IMG/VR virus record: IMGVR_UViG_3300006916_000059
Location: 1 to 54,234 of that record
Direction: 5' to 3' (one strand)
DNA length: 54,234 nucleotides
Origin: a virus
Lineage: Duplodnaviria > Caudoviricetes
Shown here in pieces: positions 45,845 to 54,234 of this stretch. Under the pieces are notes generated by a model, which was not told the origin of the DNA, made no database searches, and saw nothing but the letters and a program-made list of their open reading frames with translations. The first letter of the stretch is position 1. Each line of letters begins with the position of its first letter. Position numbers and translations under genes: made by a program.

Positions 45845-48800
45845 GCTATTTTCACCATTTCCATTATTGTTGCGGGGTTATTACTTGCACCACCGGACTT
45901 TAATTTAAATTGAGTGCCGCTTGCATTATGGTCAACTATCTTATACTTATTTTCTAAAGTATCTCCATTTGCTAAAGTTACAATATAACTACTATAAAAA
46001 TGAGTATCAGCCCAAAAACCGTTTATCTGCGCCCTACCAAAACCTACCATAGTTGAAGTATTTTTATACGCTAATAACTGTAAAGTATATTTATTACCAC
46101 TTACTTCACCTATGGGATTAGTTGAGGCAGGGCCAAATTGATACTGAACTCTAACCATATATGTTCCAGCAGTTGAAGCAGTAGCAGTAAATACTCCACT
46201 TGAAAAACCTGTTAATGTTCCTGTTCTTGTAAAGTTTGTTGTGTCATCTGTAAGAAACAAATGGTTTGTTGCTTCAACTTTATTATCATAATCAGTAGTG
46301 GATTTCCATACTCCGTAAGTGCCGGTAGCATCTGTTTCAACATAATCAACATTAGGAGTTGCGCCTACTAAATCTCCATTAGAGTCTGATTTAATTAAAG
46401 AGGAAACAACACCTTGTCTAAGTGTGCCGGATATTCTTGCTGAACCATCAACTGCCAAACCGCCTGTTGTAGCAAGTCCTCCGCCATCATTAGCATCAAC
46501 AAAACCTGTTTCTTCTATGTCTAAAGTTTTACCAACGGCCATACTTGTAGCAAAGTCAACATATCCTCCACTAACATATCCAAGAAGTGCGTCATGACCC
46601 GAAGTATCAGAATCAGCAAGCATTGTTCCAAGCAAAGTCCAACCATTACCTGTTCCTAAATTAAACATCATGTGTAAATCAATATCATTTGACGCATTAG
46701 AAATGTAAATCTGCAACGCCGCCCCATCATAAGTAGCACCTTCTTTAATTCTAAAGTCTGTGAAAGCAATCGCATTTCCATATCCCGATACACCTAACAA
46801 ATTAATAAAGTTTGAACCATTAGCCCCAAACTGATGTCCTACCTCTATCCTACAAGTTCTATGCCTCGATGACCTTTTATCTTGAATGTAAAATTGAGCC
46901 TGTCCTCTTTGACCACTACTGCCGACTAAATCTCTTCCTTTAATTACTGCAAAAGTCCACCAGCCCGTAGCATAATCTAAAGATAAACTTTCTCTTTGTA
47001 ATATAGTTGTGTTACTTGTATAACTACCGCTACCTGTTCTTTCCATTAAACCATTAGCAGAAAAATCAGAATCCATAATTGCACCTGCGGAAGCAACATT
47101 AGTAGCATCGGTTACATCTGCACCATCTTCAACATTAATATGACTTCTAAGAGTCGGTGCATCCACGCCAAGAGCGATAGTGCCACTTGTTGTAATAGGA
47201 GAACCGGAGTCAACTTCAATACCATCTGAACCCGATACTGCTACGCTTGTGACTGTTCCGCTACCGCCACCGCCACCGCTACTTATGTCTGTTGTTCCAA
47301 TTTTTAATTTGTTTGAATCTGTGCTATCAAGCCAAAGAGTATTAGCAGTCACATTACCGGGATTAGCAGAAACAGGAGTTAATTCAAGACCTGTTGGGTC
47401 AATAAGACCCCCTACTGTTAATTTACCTGTAATATCAAAATCGCCTGTAAAATTACCATCAACCGCATTAATTGTATTAGGAACATCATTTGTTCTACCA
47501 ATATTACTTACAATGATTTTTACATTTGAACCAGAAATGTCTGCTATATGACCTACATTTTGAATAAGATGTGTTGCACTTGTAGGTCTTGTAATTGTTA
47601 AATTACCTGCCGTTGTTGGAGACACATAAAGAGTTTTACCTACATCTGTAGGGTCGGTAAGAGTATCATCAATAATACTACTACTTACTGTAATTAAACC
47701 ATTAACACAAGCATATCCAGAAGCACTTCCGGCTATTTGTTCAAGAACAAGACCTATAGAAGCCATAGTGCTTTCAGAATCGGCTTGCGCTGGTGATACG
47801 GCAGGATGAGTACCTTCTCCAGAAACATATACTGCTTGTCCTTTAGAAATAGTTGATGCCGTATCATTTTCTATTTGTATTATAATATGTGACTTTAATT
47901 TACCAACCTCAAGTAATTCATTCGCAGAATCATAATTAAAATTAACACTACTTGATAATTGATTTGGTTGAGAACCAAATAAAACATTACCTTCTGCTAC
48001 TGATTTAATTCCTGTTCCACCATCTGCTACCCCAAGAGTTTCACCTGTTTTAGGATATACATAGATACCGTCAGCAACGGGAATAAAGCCCCATGTGCCT
48101 CTTATAGTAGGTCTATTGATTAAAAGAATAGCACATCCTATTGAATCACTACCTCCCTTCAAAGAAGCCCCTGTATTGATAGTTAAATCGTTTAATTGTA
48201 ATCTTGTTGCTTGTGTTATTTTAGCCCAAGCACCAGCACCATCAACAGAAGCATCTAAAACTATTTTATGAAAAGTAAATACACATCCATTGAATGTAGG
48301 ACTGCCGGAAGTAGGCATAGTAAAACCAGAAGTCATGGCTTGAAAAGTCCATTCTGCATACCCACCATTAAAATTTGTATTATTTGTCGCAAATTGAGTT
48401 TGACCTGCAAAATCAGAAATCCATTTTTTATTTCTATCATTAGTAGTTGGAGTAGTAGATGCTGGTTGAAATGTCACTCCACTATTAACTGTAAGAGATA
48501 AAAACTTAACTTGGTCTTTTTTAGTATTAGATGTTGCGATATAATCTGGAGTATGAGACCCATTTGCTAAAATAATCTGTGGGTAGATACCAGAATCATA
48601 AGTTATTTGCGAAGAACCATTCATTGTGTAAGTAATATATGTTCTTGCCGAAGCAGTTCTAAAAGGACTATTATCACTATCATAATTCATTACTATATGC
48701 GATTTATTGCTATTATATGGAGGAGTGCCACTGAATGTAAGTATGTAAGGATTAGTAGCATCTATTTGTCCTGTAACTCCTATACTAAGACCTCTAAGCG

Positions 48801-49005
48801 CAACATTTGATGCTATTTCTAATATAAATAAAAAATCACTATCTATTTGTATAATATCAACTGCTGATATATTCCACACACAAGCGGCAGTTGCTTTGCT
48901 ATTAAAAATAGCAGTATCAACAGAAGTGGGAACAGTTGCTGGACTCCAATTAGAAGCAGTCGAAGCATCTGTTGATGTTCCACCAATCCATTCGTAACTT
49001 GCCAT
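45841..49005 (-). CDS. Tail/head fibre or adhesin (1054 aa) with a C-terminal C1q/TNF-like head
   Basis: N-terminal WIGG...ASNW beta-helix-like start; GGGGSGTVTSV linker; INVEDGADVTDATNV fibre repeat; C-terminal GVFTA...GTY...VTLANGD. Confidence 0.7.
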   Translation of the reverse strand: MASYEWIGGTSTDASTASNWSPATVPTSVDTAIFNSKATAACVWNISAVDIIQIDSDFLFILEIASNVALRGLSIGVTGQIDATNPYILTFSGTPPYNSNKSHIVMNYDSDNSPFRTASARTYITYTMNGSSQITYDSGIYPQIILANGSHTPDYIATSNTKKDQVKFLSLTVNSGVTFQPASTTPTTNDRNKKWISDFAGQTQFATNNTNFNGGYAEWTFQAMTSGFTMPTSGSPTFNGCVFTFHKIVLDASVDGAGAWAKITQATRLQLNDLTINTGASLKGGSDSIGCAILLINRPTIRGTWGFIPVADGIYVYPKTGETLGVADGGTGIKSVAEGNVLFGSQPNQLSSSVNFNYDSANELLEVGKLKSHIIIQIENDTASTISKGQAVYVSGEGTHPAVSPAQADSESTMASIGLVLEQIAGSASGYACVNGLITVSSSIIDDTLTDPTDVGKTLYVSPTTAGNLTITRPTSATHLIQNVGHIADISGSNVKIIVSNIGRTNDVPNTINAVDGNFTGDFDITGKLTVGGLIDPTGLELTPVSANPGNVTANTLWLDSTDSNKLKIGTTDISSGGGGGSGTVTSVAVSGSDGIEVDSGSPITTSGTIALGVDAPTLRSHINVEDGADVTDATNVASAGAIMDSDFSANGLMERTGSGSYTSNTTILQRESLSLDYATGWWTFAVIKGRDLVGSSGQRGQAQFYIQDKRSSRHRTCRIEVGHQFGANGSNFINLLGVSGYGNAIAFTDFRIKEGATYDGAALQIYISNASNDIDLHMMFNLGTGNGWTLLGTMLADSDTSGHDALLGYVSGGYVDFATSMAVGKTLDIEETGFVDANDGGGLATTGGLAVDGSARISGTLRQGVVSSLIKSDSNGDLVGATPNVDYVETDATGTYGVWKSTTDYDNKVEATNHLFLTDDTTNFTRTGTLTGFSSGVFTATASTAGTYMVRVQYQFGPASTNPIGEVSGNKYTLQLLAYKNTSTMVGFGRAQINGFWADTHFYSSYIVTLANGDTLENKYKIVDHNASGTQFKLKSGGASNNPATIMEMVKIA

Positions 49006-49007
49006 AT

Positions 49008-49400
49008 CTATACCGCCTGTCTGCTATCTGATGATTCAGAATAATATGCAGAGCCAGCCGCTTCACTTATTTGTGCAAGAAGTCTATTTGCTTGATTTTC
49101 AAATGACCTTAATTGTGCTTGTAATCTTATGTCTTGCTGTCTCTGCTCGTTCTCTGGAACATAAGATGGGATTGTGTCAATCATAACTCTTAGACAATCA
49201 ACACAAACTAAAAATTTAATCGCAGATTCTTTTGAAGTATCATCTACTCCAACTAACTCTGAAAGTCCGTATAAAGTATCATCTCTTGATACTTTATTTA
49301 CTTCATTAGTCCTAATAGTAATATATTCATTAATAGTGGCTTCATTAAGACCTCGTGGCCTATTTAGCAAATCACGAATCTGACTTGTTGTTATCGCCAT
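49008..49400 (-). CDS. Head-tail connector-like protein
   Basis: Helical, ITTSQIRDLL...ESAIKFLVC; located after the capsid genes. Confidence 0.45.
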   Translation of the reverse strand: MAITTSQIRDLLNRPRGLNEATINEYITIRTNEVNKVSRDDTLYGLSELVGVDDTSKESAIKFLVCVDCLRVMIDTIPSYVPENEQRQQDIRLQAQLRSFENQANRLLAQISEAAGSAYYSESSDSRQAV

Positions 49401-49800
49401 CTGCCTTCACCTTCTTACTACTTTTCTTCTTAGGTGTAGTTGTTTTTTTAGGTTTTGCTTTTGGCTTTTCTTCAACAGGTTCTGTATAAGTTTCTGTTTT
49501 AGGAACATCAATTACAGTAAACCTTTCTTCGTAAGGCGCACGACCTAAAAACCACATAGCCTTTGATTTAAATACATCTCTTGCGAAATCGCTATTTGGA
49601 ATCCATACGGCTACCCCCATTGGTATTTCGGCAGGTAGTTGCTTTTTAGCATACCATCTACTCTTTACCCTTCTGAATAAATAGCCATGACCTTCTTGCC
49701 ATGTATTTAGTCTGTGCATCATAGCATCATAAGAATCCTCTTTAGGAAGAGGAATATTCTTATCCTTCAATGCTTTTGCTATCGCTGCTTTCGACTTCAT
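49372..49800 (-). CDS. Basic hypothetical protein with HeH-like N-terminus
   Basis: KAAIAKALKDKNIPLP...MMHRL; Lys-rich tail. Confidence 0.55.
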   Translation of the reverse strand: MKSKAAIAKALKDKNIPLPKEDSYDAMMHRLNTWQEGHGYLFRRVKSRWYAKKQLPAEIPMGVAVWIPNSDFARDVFKSKAMWFLGRAPYEERFTVIDVPKTETYTEPVEEKPKAKPKKTTTPKKKSSKKVKADGDNNKSDS

Positions 49801-50017
49801 CTATTACCATCTCCAATTCTTTTTCGGGAGAAACCCATGAGGATTTCTTTTTCTTAGAAGGGCTTTTCTTAGGCTTTGCTTCCTCAAATGTAGAGCATAC
49901 TGCTCTAACTTGCTTGCGACTCTCCTGTTCCGAGACCAATTTGGCCTCATCATCACTAAGAGGTCTGCCAAGTATTCTTTCAGCGTAGCCTAAGAAAAAC
50001 TCTGTCAAATCGCTCAA
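49760..50017 (-). CDS. Hypothetical protein
   Basis: GGTGGTG RBS, TTG start, Lys-rich tract. Confidence 0.5.
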   Translation of the reverse strand: MSDLTEFFLGYAERILGRPLSDDEAKLVSEQESRKQVRAVCSTFEEAKPKKSPSKKKKSSWVSPEKELEMVIDEVESSDSKSIEG

Positions 50018-50029
50018 TCAAACACCACC

Positions 50030-50926
50030 TTAAGCGGAGATGTTTGTTATTGTGCATATACGACTGTTTTTACCTGCGGTTCCACCATCTTCGTGAACGA
50101 CACAACCCATGTAGCCTGTGAGCATCCAATCGTAACCGACACCCGGAATACGAGTCAATTCGGTCTCTTGGAATCCGTCACCGTTGTATTGGAAGAACTC
50201 TGCGGTCTCGCTACCCGGAATAAGTAGTAGTGCAGTATCAGCAAGTCTTGAGTTTCTACTGTAGTAGATAGTCAAGTTACCCATTCTCTTCAAATGGTCA
50301 GCCAAAGATTCTACAACATTTCCGTAAAGTGTAGTCTGCAACAAAACATTTCGGTGCTTGGTAGGAACAATTAGAGCCATTGGTTCGTTACCAGAGACTC
50401 TACCATTCTCGAAAATCTTATCCATAGCGTTTAGAATGTTTGCTTCTGCGTCTCCGCTTGCTGAATCCCATTCGCTACCACCCGAAACTGTTACAGTTTG
50501 GTCTGCACCGTCAATTAGTGATTCAAGGATTAGGTCGTCAATAACATCAGCCATGTTTCTTACGATAGCCAATTGTTGTCTGTCAATGTTTTCCCATGTC
50601 TCGCCACGAAGTAGAGTGGAGTCAAGGAAGATACATCGGCCTTGTCCTTTCTTTAGGTGAACAGAGTAGTTGCTTGTTCCAATCTTTGTTGGGTCTGCAA
50701 CGGCGTTGTCAGCAAGTGGGTAGGAGAAGGTTCCATCAGTACCTGTGTACCATGTGAACTCTAACCATCCGACTCTTCGGACACCTACGACTTGTGTACC
50801 AACTGCAATCAAAGTAGATTGTAGTTGAATGAAATCTCTTAGGGTTTGTTCTAATACAGCGTCTGCTTGGCTAAATGGCCCAGCAGCGGCTTCAACAGTC
50901 AAAATTTGTTCTAATGTGTTATTCAT
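50030..50926 (-). CDS. Major capsid protein (HK97 fold, encapsulin-like length)
   Basis: About 298 aa after the protease and decoration genes; spine helix QQLAIVRNMADVIDDLILESL, EWD, ALIVP. Confidence 0.8.
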   Translation of the reverse strand: MNNTLEQILTVEAAAGPFSQADAVLEQTLRDFIQLQSTLIAVGTQVVGVRRVGWLEFTWYTGTDGTFSYPLADNAVADPTKIGTSNYSVHLKKGQGRCIFLDSTLLRGETWENIDRQQLAIVRNMADVIDDLILESLIDGADQTVTVSGGSEWDSASGDAEANILNAMDKIFENGRVSGNEPMALIVPTKHRNVLLQTTLYGNVVESLADHLKRMGNLTIYYSRNSRLADTALLLIPGSETAEFFQYNGDGFQETELTRIPGVGYDWMLTGYMGCVVHEDGGTAGKNSRICTITNISA

Positions 50927-50953
50927 ATTTTTCATCTCCTTAATTTATCCACC

Positions 50954-51376
50954 TTAATTAGCGGTTCCAACTCCTGTCATAACCGGAATCAAATCTCCAG
51001 CAGTAGCAGAAGTAGTAACTCCTTCTCCGATGTAAAGACCGATGATTTTTCCAGCAGGGGAAGCACCGGAATCATCTCCGTCTGCTACAAGTCCACCATT
51101 ATCAGCGTAGACAGGTAGTCCTGTAGTGTAAGTTTGGGAAGCCTTTGAAGCAACCATTAGGACTCCGCCCAAAGGTCTGAAAGATACCAATCCGCCAGAA
51201 ACAAGTCCGGAGGAATCTCTTTCTGATTCATCAGCAGAGACACCGAGTACGGTCTCTCCCCATGTCACCAAATCAAGTGTATTGCTGGTGCTGTCGTTTG
51301 TTAGCAAGTAACCTGCGCCGGTAACAGTTGTACCAGACTTTAGGGTTGCATTTCGTGGTGCGCTATTATCTGTCAT
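50954..51376 (-). CDS. Capsid decoration/cement protein
   Basis: Gly-rich beta protein (VLGVS...GLPVY...IIG...AGDLIPV) between scaffold and capsid genes. Confidence 0.65.
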   Translation of the reverse strand: MTDNSAPRNATLKSGTTVTGAGYLLTNDSTSNTLDLVTWGETVLGVSADESERDSSGLVSGGLVSFRPLGGVLMVASKASQTYTTGLPVYADNGGLVADGDDSGASPAGKIIGLYIGEGVTTSATAGDLIPVMTGVGTAN

Positions 51377-51389
51377 ATTTTTCATCTCC

Positions 51390-51908
51390 TTAAATTAAGT
51401 GCTTCTCCTTCGCTTCCACATATGTAGGTGCTTTCATATCAAACTCTGGGTGAGTCTTGTTCCAAGCGGAAGCCCAGACATTGAAAGCCTTTTCATAAAT
51501 TGCTTCGGGAGTATTTAGTTTGCGACCATTTAGGAAGTTAGCAACTACATCTTCTGATACAGGCTTGCTAACTTGTGTGGTCTCTGTTGATGCTTTGATA
51601 GGCTTCATTTCAACGGCAGGTTTGCTTGCTTCCCATGAAGCGATTAGGCTTTCAAGGGATTCAGAAGGTAGGTCTTCGTGACCGGACATACCGAGAGAAG
51701 TTGCCTTCTCTACAAGTGATGCACGAACTTCTTCTGCTTTTGCTTCTTCTGCGGCTTTGATTTCAGCCAATTCATTTTCACGCTCTGCAAGTGAAGCCTT
51801 TAGAGCCTCAATTTCAGAAGCGTAGTCTGGGGTTTCAATAACCTCTTCTGCTACATTTTCGACAACCTCTTCGGATGCCTCGATACTGATTTTATCTTCG
51901 TCAGTCAT
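51390..51908 (-). CDS. Nested in-frame scaffold protein (172 aa, MTDEDK...)
   Basis: AAGGTGA RBS 5 nt before ATG 51908; TTTATTAGTCA promoter motif at 51946-51956. Confidence 0.6.
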   Translation of the reverse strand: MTDEDKISIEASEEVVENVAEEVIETPDYASEIEALKASLAERENELAEIKAAEEAKAEEVRASLVEKATSLGMSGHEDLPSESLESLIASWEASKPAVEMKPIKASTETTQVSKPVSEDVVANFLNGRKLNTPEAIYEKAFNVWASAWNKTHPEFDMKAPTYVEAKEKHLI

Positions 51909-53855
51909 GATATTCACCTTTTCGGTATTCAGAGCATTATCGTCTTGACTAATAAAGGATTCGTCTTGAGCAACCTCCATCATAACTTTTTCAACTGTAT
52001 TAATTACTGCTCTTTTGTATGCTGGTCTGTGGACAATAGCCAGATGGTCAAACTTAAAGTCGCTTTCAAATGTCATAACTGTTGAACCGTCTTTGTGTTG
52101 TGTGACCATGTCTGGTATACCTGTTCCACCAATACTTACACCATAACCTTCTCTTAGCCAAAGTCCAGACTCAAGAGCCTCGAACAATTCTGGCCTGTGG
52201 ACTTCTGCTTTGAAGCCCACTTCCCAGCCTTGTTCGCTATCAATGATAAATGCTTCGGTAACAATACCTACAACTGCATCTTCGACTCCACCATTCATGT
52301 TTCTTTTGAAACGACCATTTTCAGAAGGTGGGTGGTTTAAAGTTAGGTCAGCACCATACATTTGAGATACTGCTAATTCAGCACCTGCTCTTGTTATCTG
52401 CCAACCATTTTTGTTTATACCATCATGGAATGCTATACCTGTAATTCTAACTACTTGTCTTCCTGTTGATGCTTCGACTATAATTTCGTCAACCTTTACA
52501 TCAACATCTAATTCAAATGCTACTTTTACACACATACCATTTCTCTTTTCATATCCATTTTGGCATTCGCCGTCTGTATGATAAGATGCTTCTTCCATAA
52601 ATTCATGGTCTTGATGAGCATCCATACATTCTTGTGTAGAGAAGCCCATTTCTTCACATCTTGACATAAATTCATCATGTGACTCATCATTCTTTGGGGA
52701 TGGCATAGAATGTTCATCTGCTTCGTAAGAACCGCATCCACCGCAACCACAATCGCAACCCATGTCATTATATGACGCATAAGGTGTTTTATTAAACTCA
52801 CTACCTTCGACTTTTGAACCACTTCTCCATTGATAACAAGACCAATAGCGGGCTTTCCATTTAGGACCGGGATTATCGCAATTATGACGACTTCGGAAGT
52901 TTTTGCGTCTTTGAGGGTCATCACGCTTGATTTCCATATTAGGGTCGCCAAATCTTACAATTACAACTGTTCCCTTTTCATTCTTAGTATATACTGCAAA
53001 CTTCTTAGGGCCATCTGGTGTTCTGAAAGGTTTGTTTAATTTAACTTTTCTGCCTTGATATTCTGCGGCACTAAAAATTTCATCATCCCAATCTTCGTAA
53101 TCTTCTTCGCTACTACCTCTTGGGTGTGATTTAGGCAGTAAGTCGTTGTCTTGCTTGTAATTTGGATTGGAAGGTCTTCCATTTCGCAGAAGGTAAAGGA
53201 ATGCTTTGACTCTTGCGATACCCCAGCCTCCTCTTGACATATTGGGTGCGTGAGTGCGACTAAAAGCACCAGCACCCCTACGAAAGACTGTCTTTAGCAT
53301 TCCCATGCTTGCTCTGCTTCCTTTACCTTTGTCTGCCACTTTTGCATTGTGTTCTGCCATCATCTTTCGCAGACGAGACTCTGTCTCTTTGCTAATCTGA
53401 ATGCTATTGTTTGGTTTTTTCGCAGAACCCGGAGGATTCTTTTTTGAACCTTTACGCCTTTCAGATGGTTTTGCAGGTGTCTTTCGTGGGTCGTTTTTGC
53501 CCGGTCTGCCATACTGCAAAGCACTTAATTCTTCTCTTGCGTCTGGGTCGTTTTTGCGATACCATTCGATAAATTCTTCTTCCGTCTTGCCCGGAAAATA
53601 CATAGGTGTGCCATCAGCCATACGAGATTCATGTATTTCGCCATCCATTCCTATTTCTTCAGATTTCTTTCTTGCGCCTTCTGGGTCAGAGAAGATATAA
53701 TCTTCCATCTTAGCAGTAGCGTCTTTTCTTTCATAATAGGAATTACATACTGCTGCTCTCTGTTGCGGGTTGCCAAATTCGTCAACCATCTTATCATCTC
53801 CCATACATCGAGACATGAAATCTTCTTTACTCTCTCCTTCTTGCGGGTCTGGCAT
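51390..53855 (-). CDS. Multidomain prohead protease-scaffold polyprotein
   Basis: Protease core ITGIAFHDGINKNGW...LNHP...GVSIGG...HLAIVHRPAY; acidic coiled-coil C-terminus; several accessory N-terminal modules. Confidence 0.8.
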   Translation of the reverse strand: MPDPQEGESKEDFMSRCMGDDKMVDEFGNPQQRAAVCNSYYERKDATAKMEDYIFSDPEGARKKSEEIGMDGEIHESRMADGTPMYFPGKTEEEFIEWYRKNDPDAREELSALQYGRPGKNDPRKTPAKPSERRKGSKKNPPGSAKKPNNSIQISKETESRLRKMMAEHNAKVADKGKGSRASMGMLKTVFRRGAGAFSRTHAPNMSRGGWGIARVKAFLYLLRNGRPSNPNYKQDNDLLPKSHPRGSSEEDYEDWDDEIFSAAEYQGRKVKLNKPFRTPDGPKKFAVYTKNEKGTVVIVRFGDPNMEIKRDDPQRRKNFRSRHNCDNPGPKWKARYWSCYQWRSGSKVEGSEFNKTPYASYNDMGCDCGCGGCGSYEADEHSMPSPKNDESHDEFMSRCEEMGFSTQECMDAHQDHEFMEEASYHTDGECQNGYEKRNGMCVKVAFELDVDVKVDEIIVEASTGRQVVRITGIAFHDGINKNGWQITRAGAELAVSQMYGADLTLNHPPSENGRFKRNMNGGVEDAVVGIVTEAFIIDSEQGWEVGFKAEVHRPELFEALESGLWLREGYGVSIGGTGIPDMVTQHKDGSTVMTFESDFKFDHLAIVHRPAYKRAVINTVEKVMMEVAQDESFISQDDNALNTEKVNIMTDEDKISIEASEEVVENVAEEVIETPDYASEIEALKASLAERENELAEIKAAEEAKAEEVRASLVEKATSLGMSGHEDLPSESLESLIASWEASKPAVEMKPIKASTETTQVSKPVSEDVVANFLNGRKLNTPEAIYEKAFNVWASAWNKTHPEFDMKAPTYVEAKEKHLI

Positions 53856-53859
53856 AATA

Positions 53860-54234
53860 TCACTTCTTCTTAGGTTCTAATGTCCTTATGTCTAAAGTTC
53901 CACGCAGTTTATCCATCTCTTGTGAGTGGTCTTGTGCTGATTTAGCCATCTGATGTTCGTGTGCTTGCGCTAACTTCTCAATTTCAAGATTATGTTCTTG
54001 TTTTGTTTCGCATAACATTCTTTCGTGGTCTAATTCTGTTGGCATACTATCAACTTCAACAGTCTGTTCTGTTTCCCACATTCTTAGTAGTGTCTGTAAA
54101 GCAGGGGCGGCGGTTCCACCAATGATAGCGATAAGTGCTATGAAACCATCAAGATTCATTAATACAACATCTGGTTTCCAGATACCCATGCCTACAACTG
54201 CACCGCAAGCCATAAGCCATAGATAAATAACAGG
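53860..54234 (-). CDS. Membrane protein with His/Glu-rich coiled tail (5'-truncated by the window edge)
   Basis: Hydrophobic helices (FIALIAIIGG); the frame stays open to the window end. Confidence 0.55.
   Translation of the reverse strand, partial: PVIYLWLMACGAVVGMGIWKPDVVLMNLDGFIALIAIIGGTAAPALQTLLRMWETEQTVEVDSMPTELDHERMLCETKQEHNLEIEKLAQAHEHQMAKSAQDHSQEMDKLRGTLDIRTLEPKKK

Overview
This window is most of the genome of a tailed (Caudoviricetes, siphovirus-like) archaeal dsDNA virus. It is most similar in gene content to magroviruses of marine Poseidoniales (Marine Group II); that host assignment is inferred from gene content, not from a search. Layout: (1) a hairpin-dense leader (1-600), then + strand early genes: a MoxR/CobS-type AAA+ ATPase with a vWA-like partner, many small coupled ORFs, an HNH nuclease and a pyrimidine-dimer glycosylase. 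(2) An AT-rich nested inverted repeat (~10.62-10.80 kb, candidate origin). (3) A + strand archaeal-type replication module: PAC2-like protein, MCM-like ATPase, wHTH proteins, C5 and N4/N6 methyltransferases, dNMP kinase, RFC, SSB, RadA-like ATPase, clamp, PolB, Cas4-like nuclease, fused primase and ERCC4 nuclease. (4) A convergent - strand morphogenesis module: prohead protease/scaffold, capsid, head-tail proteins, fibre, tail tube, frameshifted tail chaperones, tape measure and a 2353-aa tail-tip protein. Portal and large terminase are not in the window. Most notable observations: a viral PAC2/Pba-like protein with an HbYX-like proteasome-docking tail coupled to an MCM lacking its N-terminal domain; a concentration of C-GNA-G mini-hairpins in the first 4 kb; a PolB with altered catalytic motifs; a shared C-terminal W[LV] motif; and an internal promoter and start for a nested scaffold. 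All protein calls come from manual motif recognition, with no database searches.
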